Shown here piece by piece: positions 50,180 to 56,681 of a DNA stretch of 64,000 nucleotides. Below the pieces are notes generated by a model, which worked only from the letters and a program-made list of their open reading frames with translations, made no database searches and was not told where the DNA came from. The first letter of the stretch is position 1. Each line of letters starts with the position of its first letter. The DNA is taken from the IMG/VR virus record IMGVR_UViG_3300027833_000028, positions 24,599-88,598 of that record. One strand, 5' to 3'. Both the position numbers and the translations under genes were made by a program. Source of the stretch: a virus.

Positions 50180-50582
50180 ACTACTTATAGTGAGCATAAC
50201 AGCATTCTGCACGTACTTATGTACGTACTTTTTTGATTTATCAATGGAAAACATGGAACAATACCTGGCGGTTTGTTCAGTATTATGGTTAGATGGAATC
50301 TTTGGGGTTTGGGCAGGCTGTAAAAGAGAAGGATTTAAAACATATAAAGCCTTAAGAATAACAAAGAACACCTTTACATGGCTGGCAATTCTAACAGTCT
50401 TACTTATGATAGAAAAAGGTTTTGATGGAACAGGCTGGCTATCAGAAGTAATTGTAGTTCCCTTTATGGTACTTCAAATTATAAGTGCCTTAAAGAATGC
50501 ATCAATGGCAGGTCTGATAAAAACAGATGAGCTTAACAAAATCCTAGATAGAATTGACAATCATAAGGGATTAAGAAAATAA
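50169..50582 (+). CDS. Phage holin (Phage_holin_4_1 / toxin-secretion-like)
   Basis: Several TM segments; LDGIFGVWAG..K..F; ISALKNA..AG; basic C-terminal tail. Confidence 0.75.
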   Translation: MTTKLLIVSITAFCTYLCTYFFDLSMENMEQYLAVCSVLWLDGIFGVWAGCKREGFKTYKALRITKNTFTWLAILTVLLMIEKGFDGTGWLSEVIVVPFMVLQIISALKNASMAGLIKTDELNKILDRIDNHKGLRK

Positions 50583-50585
50583 ACC

Positions 50586-50849
50586 TTATTCCATCAGTGT
50601 TTGAATAAAGTGCACTGTCCAAGCAATCAAACCATTTATATTAAGAACAACCAAATTCCATTGCTTACGTGATGATGTTTGTATTACTACACATATAAAA
50701 CCCATTATAAATAAACCAGGATGCAATGTCCATTGACCTGCTATCAAAAAGCCTGCACCCATATAACCTATACGGGATGCAACTTTCTGATATGATGTAA
50801 GCTTATTTGTATAAGCTAATAATTTAAGTATTTTTTCTTTAACCTTCAC
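50586..50849 (-). CDS. Small membrane protein (~3 TM)
   Basis: Three hydrophobic segments; TTG start overlapping the end of nrdA. Confidence 0.6.
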   Translation of the reverse strand: MKVKEKILKLLAYTNKLTSYQKVASRIGYMGAGFLIAGQWTLHPGLFIMGFICVVIQTSSRKQWNLVVLNINGLIAWTVHFIQTLME

Positions 50850-52464
50850 AACTTGAACATTCTAATATATTACGTGCAAAATCCTGAGCACTGCTTTTAC
50901 TAAACTGATAATACAAAGTCTTTACACCTTCTTCCCAAGCATACATATATAACTTATTTATATCTTTAGCTGAGACAGATGGATCTATCATTAAATTTAA
51001 TGACTGAGACTGGTCAATATACTTTTGCCTTTGAGCTGCTTGTAATACAATCTCTTTAGGAGATATCTCAACAAATGATTTAAATACTGCTTTACTAGGG
51101 AAGTCTAAGTGTTGTACACTACCATCTTTCTTTAAGATAGACTTCCAAGTTTTGTCATTGTTTAGACCATACTTCTCAAGTTCCTCTTCTAAAAATGGGT
51201 TTCTGTAAATAGTCTTAGACTTAGCAAGATCCTTAATAAAGTAGTTAGACTTGATAGGCTCTATACCCATAGACACAGCTCCGTGAATAAACGAACTTGA
51301 TTTAGTAGGTGCAATGGCCATTAAAGTTGTATTAGCATAACCATCCCTAATTGAATTGTATCCATGTTCTGTATGTAACTTTCTTGATGCTATTTCACTT
51401 CTGTCTTTAAGAGTTCTGAATATTTCACTGTTTAAACCTTTAGCTTGTAGTGAGTCAAACTCAAGAAGCTTTGATTGAAACAATGAATGGTAACCCATAA
51501 CACCTAGACCAACAGCTCTGTGATTTTTTGCAAAATTATATGCTCTCTTCATACCGGGCATTGTTTCCGCCTTAATAATAAACTCATCCATTACTGCATT
51601 AAGAAAATACACATATGTTTCTACAGCATCTGTTTCTTTAATCTCATCCCAGTGTAACAGGTTGATAGATCCTAAGCAACAAACAAAAGAATTATAACTG
51701 TCTGTAGGTAATTGTATTTCAGAACATAGATTTGAAGCGGTGACCTCCAATCCTAACTCTTTATAAGGAGAATTGTTATTAGAATTATCTTTAAACATTA
51801 TGTATGGAAAACCAATCTCACTTCTGTTTTGAATAATCTTGGCCCAAACTTTACGTTTACTTTTATCTCCTGCTTTCATTTCTTCCATCCAAGCATCTGT
51901 AACTGTAACACCATATTGAAGGTTCTGAATAGGATTACCATCTGTCCCAATATCTAAGAACTCTAAGATATCTGCATGCTCAACAGGTAAATACACTGCA
52001 CATGCTCCACGTCTTGCTTCAGATTGTTTACATACATCTACTACAGTATCATATATCTTAGCATAATGAATTGGTCCATCTGCAAATCCTCCTGTAGAAA
52101 TAGGAGCACCTCTTTCTCTAATGTTTCCTAAGTAAGCTGAAGTTCCACCTCCATACTTAGACATCATTCCAATTTCACGGCCAGCATTTAATATACTGTC
52201 CAAGTTGTCATCTACATTAGATCCGTAACAACTGATAGGTAATCCTTTTGCTTTACCAAAGTTAATCCACACTGGAGTTGACAAAGAGTAATACCCTTTG
52301 GCCATGTAGTGTTCAAACTTTTCTGCAAATCCTTTTATATTCAAATACTTTTCTGCTTTAATAGCAATGTCTTTGATTCTTTGTTCCGGGGTCTCTGTAA
52401 TGTAACCCCTTGATAAAAATGTGCGGCTATCTTCATTCAGCCAGTAATAGTTATTATATTCCAT
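50839..52464 (-). CDS. nrdA: Ribonucleotide reductase class I alpha subunit, lacking an ATP cone
   Basis: STPVW, PISC, GGGTS, ASNLCSEI, IAPTKSSS, DQSQSLN, KTLYY, C-terminal CSSCEG. Confidence 0.97.
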   Translation of the reverse strand: MEYNNYYWLNEDSRTFLSRGYITETPEQRIKDIAIKAEKYLNIKGFAEKFEHYMAKGYYSLSTPVWINFGKAKGLPISCYGSNVDDNLDSILNAGREIGMMSKYGGGTSAYLGNIRERGAPISTGGFADGPIHYAKIYDTVVDVCKQSEARRGACAVYLPVEHADILEFLDIGTDGNPIQNLQYGVTVTDAWMEEMKAGDKSKRKVWAKIIQNRSEIGFPYIMFKDNSNNNSPYKELGLEVTASNLCSEIQLPTDSYNSFVCCLGSINLLHWDEIKETDAVETYVYFLNAVMDEFIIKAETMPGMKRAYNFAKNHRAVGLGVMGYHSLFQSKLLEFDSLQAKGLNSEIFRTLKDRSEIASRKLHTEHGYNSIRDGYANTTLMAIAPTKSSSFIHGAVSMGIEPIKSNYFIKDLAKSKTIYRNPFLEEELEKYGLNNDKTWKSILKKDGSVQHLDFPSKAVFKSFVEISPKEIVLQAAQRQKYIDQSQSLNLMIDPSVSAKDINKLYMYAWEEGVKTLYYQFSKSSAQDFARNILECSSCEG

Positions 52465-52476
52465 AATTAGTTGATT

Positions 52477-53457
52477 TTAAAATAAGTCATCTTCTGTGAT
52501 GCTCTTACTCTTCTTGTTGTAATCTACACTCTTCTTGTAAAAGAAGTCTCCTTCTTTGGTGCCTGTAATCTCTATGTCAAACCATTCAGTAGACTTTAAT
52601 AGTTCTGAGTCAACATCAAATATTGATTTCATACCTATCTTTTCTAAAGAATTATTAAATCTGTTCTTTATAAAGTTCTGAATAGTTTCCTTAGATAGAA
52701 ACTTTAGCTCTCCTTTTTCAAAGATCCAATCTAGTATACCACACTCAGCAGTATAAGCTTTCTTACAAGCAGAATAGATAAGTTCTTCAAACTCTTTATC
52801 AAACCACTCAGGATTTTCTTTCTTAATGATGTTGATAATCTCAGCTCCAAAGTTACCGTGTATCTCTTCTTCCTTACTGGTAGCTTCTACAACATTAGAT
52901 ATACCTTTAAAGACATTCTTTTCTTTGTTAAAACTCATCATAATTAAGAACTGACTAAACAAGCTTACATGCTCTATGAACAAAGAGAATAATAGTACAG
53001 ATTTAGTATACATTTTGTTATCTCTAGAACGTGTACCATCCAGGTACTTCTTTAAATATTTAAGTCTACCTTCTATTGCAGGTACTTCTACAACTGATTG
53101 AAATTCTTTTTCTAACCCTAGTATCCTAAGTAATCTAGCATAAGCATCTTTGTGCCTTACTTCTGACTCAGCAAAAGTAAAGCCTACATCACCTACTTCT
53201 GTGATAGGCATTCTCTTATATAGATCTCCCCAAAAAGTTTTAACGTTAACTTCTATTTGTGCAATAGCAAGCATTGTTTTTTTAATAACATCTTTTTCTT
53301 CATTTGATATAGTGACTTTAAAGTCTTGTATGTCTTCTGTAAAATTGAATTCTGTATCAATCCAATATGAGTGTCTTATGGCATCTTTATATGCTAATAG
53401 TTGTGGATACTCATAAGGTAGTATATTTACTCTGGGTTTGAAGATGTTTTTATTCAT
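52477..53457 (-). CDS. nrdB: Ribonucleotide reductase class I beta subunit (probable class Id / NrdBi)
   Basis: Ferritin-like motifs QIEVNVK, ESEVRHKDAY, IEHVSLFSQF, KEEEIHG; C-terminal DFF...DY. Confidence 0.95.
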   Translation of the reverse strand: MNKNIFKPRVNILPYEYPQLLAYKDAIRHSYWIDTEFNFTEDIQDFKVTISNEEKDVIKKTMLAIAQIEVNVKTFWGDLYKRMPITEVGDVGFTFAESEVRHKDAYARLLRILGLEKEFQSVVEVPAIEGRLKYLKKYLDGTRSRDNKMYTKSVLLFSLFIEHVSLFSQFLIMMSFNKEKNVFKGISNVVEATSKEEEIHGNFGAEIINIIKKENPEWFDKEFEELIYSACKKAYTAECGILDWIFEKGELKFLSKETIQNFIKNRFNNSLEKIGMKSIFDVDSELLKSTEWFDIEITGTKEGDFFYKKSVDYNKKSKSITEDDLF

Positions 53458-53477
53458 AAAAATATGTGTTAAGGATT

Positions 53478-53512
53478 AAAAAGCCCCATTCTCTATTTAA
53501 AAGAATGCGGCT
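53478..53512 (-). terminator. Terminator-like hairpin in the nrdB leader (possible attenuator)
   Basis: Minus strand AGCCGCATTCT...AGAATGGGGCT followed by TTTT, about 20 nt before the nrdB ATG. Confidence 0.45.
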
Positions 53513-53632
53513 ACTAGATGTATTTAATTTACTAAATGTAACTGAGATATAAAAGAGAACTATCACTTTTTATATGCTATTATATTTATTTTAACTAAGT
53601 TAAAATTTGTATATTGTTATCAGCAAGCAACA

Positions 53633-53640
53633 CAAAGATA
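53633..53640 (-). promoter_or_regulatory. Bacteroidota -7 box (TATCTTTG) probably driving nrdBA
   Basis: CAAAGATA on the + strand; no clear -33 box. Confidence 0.45.
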
Positions 53641-53656
53641 AGATTTTAAAATCTTA
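53639..53656. promoter_or_regulatory. Perfect 18-bp palindrome, candidate operator
   Basis: TAAGATTTTAAAATCTTA in the divergent intergenic region. Confidence 0.5.
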
Positions 53657-53680
53657 ATCAGTTGGTTAAGTGACACAAAA

Positions 53681-53700
53681 TTTGTATATTATTCATATAG
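53681..53700 (+). promoter_or_regulatory. Candidate late promoter motif (second copy at 53606)
   Basis: TTTGTATATTATTCATATAG; AAATTTGTATATT occurs at both 53603 and 53678. Confidence 0.5.
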
Positions 53701-53720
53701 TACTTTTAAAAAACAAATTT

Positions 53721-53981
53721 ATGTTTAAAAAAATTATACATGTTATTTGGACATATAGCCTGCAAGACTCTTGGAGAGCTATTTGGTCAAAGACTACAAT
53801 AGATGAAAAAGCTGAAGCAACTTTACTAGAAATAGTAAAACGTTATAAGTTAACAGCAGATGAATTATCTGACGTAGGGCGAGCAATTAAAGAAGTTGGT
53901 AATCAGTTAGGTCATGTACCTAAAGCTGTTGCAGGTAAAACAAGAAAGAGAAAATCTAAAAAAAAGGAAATAAAGCAATGA
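53721..53981 (+). CDS. Hypothetical protein (start reassigned to ATG 53721)
   Basis: A-rich start context; helical body with basic C-terminus. Confidence 0.65.
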   Translation: MFKKIIHVIWTYSLQDSWRAIWSKTTIDEKAEATLLEIVKRYKLTADELSDVGRAIKEVGNQLGHVPKAVAGKTRKRKSKKKEIKQ

Positions 53982-54079
53982 GACAAATTTGTTTATTTAT
54001 TCAATGGATATCAAAAGGTAAAGTCTGTTTAGGACATTGCCGTCAAGGACTTTGTAACAAAACCAAAAGCAAAATATAA
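53978..54079 (+). CDS. 33-aa Cys-rich peptide (not in the ORF track)
   Basis: MRQICLFIQWISKGKVCLGHCRQGLCNKTKSKI; ATGA overlap upstream and TAATG overlap downstream. Confidence 0.6.
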   Translation: MRQICLFIQWISKGKVCLGHCRQGLCNKTKSKI

Positions 54080-54225
54080 TGGACAACTGGGCACTAGAAA
54101 TAGCATTTCATTGGCCTCATGATAGACTAGCCCTAGGCTGGGAATTTATAAGACCAGATGGTGAATATGATTATACAACTATAAAACTATATTTATTCTT
54201 TGTAACATTTACATTGGATATTTAA
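54079..54225 (+). CDS. 48-aa aromatic, beta-rich peptide (not in the ORF track)
   Basis: MDNWALEIAFHWPHDRLALGWEFIRPDGEYDYTTIKLYLFFVTFTLDI; translationally coupled and fills the gap exactly. Confidence 0.65.
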   Translation: MDNWALEIAFHWPHDRLALGWEFIRPDGEYDYTTIKLYLFFVTFTLDI

Positions 54226-54237
54226 AATTAAAATAAG

Positions 54238-54456
54238 ATGGCAAAGAAAGGATTGTGTTTACCCAAAGGTAAAATGTCAAGGCAAAAAAGTAAAATGCTT
54301 ATGAGAACCGGTGGTGAATTAGAGGACATGATGCAAGGCTCTTACACAGAAAAAATGCGTAAGGGTGGTGATGCAGAAAGAATCACAACTAATAGCAAAG
54401 GAGAAAGCAAAAAACAAAAATATAAATTAGGTGGTTGGACCCACTCTGGTAAATAG
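54238..54456 (+). CDS. Small basic protein with three xxxGG motifs
   Basis: MRTGGE, MRKGGD, YKLGGW. Confidence 0.7.
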   Translation: MAKKGLCLPKGKMSRQKSKMLMRTGGELEDMMQGSYTEKMRKGGDAERITTNSKGESKKQKYKLGGWTHSGK

Positions 54457-54459
54457 CAT

Positions 54460-55788
54460 ATGAACATTTTAACTGACATATTAAGTTTAATTAGACAAGG
54501 TAAGTATTCTAAACTAGCTGAAAAGAATGACGTGCTTGTATTAGGTAAATGGAATGAACAACCGGATATGACTGGTGTTGCATCTCCTATACCTTATAAA
54601 GCAGTTAAATTAATTAAAATATCAGACTTTAAAGTTGAAGCTGCATCTTGTACTTATAAGAATGTACCTGATGTACCTGTAGGAGATACAGGATCTATAT
54701 TTCAAAATAAAGCAGTTGATCCTGACACAGGTGAATGTACTGTTAGTTTCCGTACATTAAAATCACTAAGTCCTAATTTAACTTTAGCTGTTTCAGCAGA
54801 TGATAATTATATAGAAATAACAACAGAGGGTGAACCAAATCTTGCAGCTAATGTAGGAAGTGGTGCTCAAGTATGGAAAGATAAAGTTGGTGAGACACTA
54901 AACTTTAGAAGTATAGTACAAGGAAGTAATATAAGTGTAGCTCAAAGTATAAATGAAATAAAACTTAGCGTTCCTGCAGGTGCAGGTTTAAGTCTAACTA
55001 CAACTGGAACATCTGGAGCGGCAACATTAAGCAGTGGTGTTTTAAATATCCCTAACTATACAACAGGCGGTGGTGGTGGTGCAGACTTTCTTGTTAATGG
55101 TGACTCAGGATCTGCACAAACAGTTGTTAATGGTGATACTTTAACAATAGAAGGTGGAACGGGAATAGGAACAGTAGGAACAGGTGGACCTAAAGTAGTT
55201 GTCAATTTAAGTGACACGGCAGTAATACCGGGACCATATACAAATACAAACCTTACTGTTGATCAACAAGGAAGAATAACAGCTGCTAGTAATGGATCTA
55301 AAGCAAGTTTTTCAGTATATGATGAAGTAGGAGGACCTGGTTTTACTGTTGATGATGGTGATACTGTTTTAATGTTTAGCAGCCCTACAATTGCAGCAAT
55401 AACAGGTGTACCAGTTGGTAGTCCACCCAATCCTAATTCTATTACTATGGGTTTAACTTGGGATAATCATGTTTCTCTTCTTACTCAATCAGGAACTTCT
55501 GCTCCTACAATGATTATGCTTTTAGATAATGGAGTTTCACCTATTACTTGGACTTATGTAGCCTTTGGAACATATCAAGCTACTTTTTCTACTGCTTTAT
55601 CAGATATAAATAAAGTAAGTTTTGAAATACAAAATAAGTTTAGCGGTAATGGAACTATTCCATATGTAGCAAATATAGTAAATACAACTACAACAGGATT
55701 TACAGTAAAAACTTTTAGAATAGATACGGGTGAAGCAGTAGACAATGTACTAGAAAATACAGCACTTGAAATTAAAACATACGAATAA
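54460..55788 (+). CDS. Tail fibre/spike-like virion protein
   Basis: Gly/Thr/Ser/Val-rich; LNFRSI..G; PGPYTNTNLTVDQQGRITAASNG fibre motif; N-terminus shared with 56682 and 59659. Confidence 0.7.
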   Translation: MNILTDILSLIRQGKYSKLAEKNDVLVLGKWNEQPDMTGVASPIPYKAVKLIKISDFKVEAASCTYKNVPDVPVGDTGSIFQNKAVDPDTGECTVSFRTLKSLSPNLTLAVSADDNYIEITTEGEPNLAANVGSGAQVWKDKVGETLNFRSIVQGSNISVAQSINEIKLSVPAGAGLSLTTTGTSGAATLSSGVLNIPNYTTGGGGGADFLVNGDSGSAQTVVNGDTLTIEGGTGIGTVGTGGPKVVVNLSDTAVIPGPYTNTNLTVDQQGRITAASNGSKASFSVYDEVGGPGFTVDDGDTVLMFSSPTIAAITGVPVGSPPNPNSITMGLTWDNHVSLLTQSGTSAPTMIMLLDNGVSPITWTYVAFGTYQATFSTALSDINKVSFEIQNKFSGNGTIPYVANIVNTTTTGFTVKTFRIDTGEAVDNVLENTALEIKTYE

Positions 55789-56210
55789 TGCCAAACTTTA
55801 TAACAAAATTATTTTCAAGCGGTGCAACTAAATTAGTTGAAGGAATAGGTGGTGTCTTAGATGAGCTTATTACATCTAAAGATGAAAAGCTTGCTGCTGA
55901 ATTAAAAATAAAAGAGTTGATAGCCAGACATGAAGTTGAAATGGAAACAGAAATAACTTCAAGGTGGGCCTCAGACATGAATTCAGATTCATGGCTCAGC
56001 AAAAATGTGAGACCTATGGTTCTTGTATTCTTAGTTGTATCAACAGTAATATTAGTATTTATAGACGCTGGAGTTATAGATTTTATAGTAGAAGACAAGT
56101 GGGTTGATTTATTACAGTTAGTTTTAATAACAGTAATTGGTGCCTATTTTGGTGGAAGATCAATGGAAAAAGTAAATAATAACAAAAAAAACAGAAAAGA
56201 TGAAAAATAG
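55788..56210 (+). CDS. Holin of the 3TM (GTA-type) family
   Basis: RWASDMNSDSWLSKNVRP followed by two TM segments and AYFGGRS.EK. Confidence 0.8.
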   Translation: MPNFITKLFSSGATKLVEGIGGVLDELITSKDEKLAAELKIKELIARHEVEMETEITSRWASDMNSDSWLSKNVRPMVLVFLVVSTVILVFIDAGVIDFIVEDKWVDLLQLVLITVIGAYFGGRSMEKVNNNKKNRKDEK

Positions 56211-56430
56211 ACAATATGGAAAGGGTGGTACTATGGGTGACGGTGATGCGTTTGTACCAACAAATAGAATGAAAATGGACGTGTACTCTAATAACGGTGG
56301 CCTTACGGGTTATATGGCTGGTGGTGATGTTACTAATGTATATGACAGTTTACCAAACGAAAGTGATAATCAACTTGTCAGAGAATTAAGACAGGGTGGT
56401 AGTAGTAGTAAAAAATATAAAAAGAAATAA
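56200..56430 (+). CDS. Small protein with xxxGG motifs and basic tail
   Basis: YGKGG, YMAGGD, LRQGGS; overlaps the holin stop. Confidence 0.7.
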   Translation: MKNRQYGKGGTMGDGDAFVPTNRMKMDVYSNNGGLTGYMAGGDVTNVYDSLPNESDNQLVRELRQGGSSSKKYKKK

Positions 56431-56432
56431 TC

Positions 56433-56666
56433 ATGGGCAAGAAAATATCATTCCCTATGCAGGGAGAAAACTATAAGAGAGCAACAACCAATGGGGTTTT
56501 TAATCCTACAACTATTCCACAAGCATTGCAAAGTGCTAAGAATAAAGCAATTGTTGCAGCTAGAATAAAGACAGCTAAAAAAACAAATTTGAATCCACCA
56601 CAAAAGTCTACTAGAGCAGCTGAGCCTGTTCAATCAGAGGCTTTTAAAAATGGGTACTGTAAATAG
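56433..56666 (+). CDS. Small basic hypothetical protein
   Basis: ORF tightly packed in the operon. Confidence 0.6.
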   Translation: MGKKISFPMQGENYKRATTNGVFNPTTIPQALQSAKNKAIVAARIKTAKKTNLNPPQKSTRAAEPVQSEAFKNGYCK

Positions 56667-56681
56667 ATAAAATAAAAAACA

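Noticed and set aside
30093-52464. Inteins or self-splicing introns in the vRNAP gene or nrdA
   Set aside because: Frames are continuous, NrdA is compact, and no intein termini or LAGLIDADG/HNH motifs were recognised
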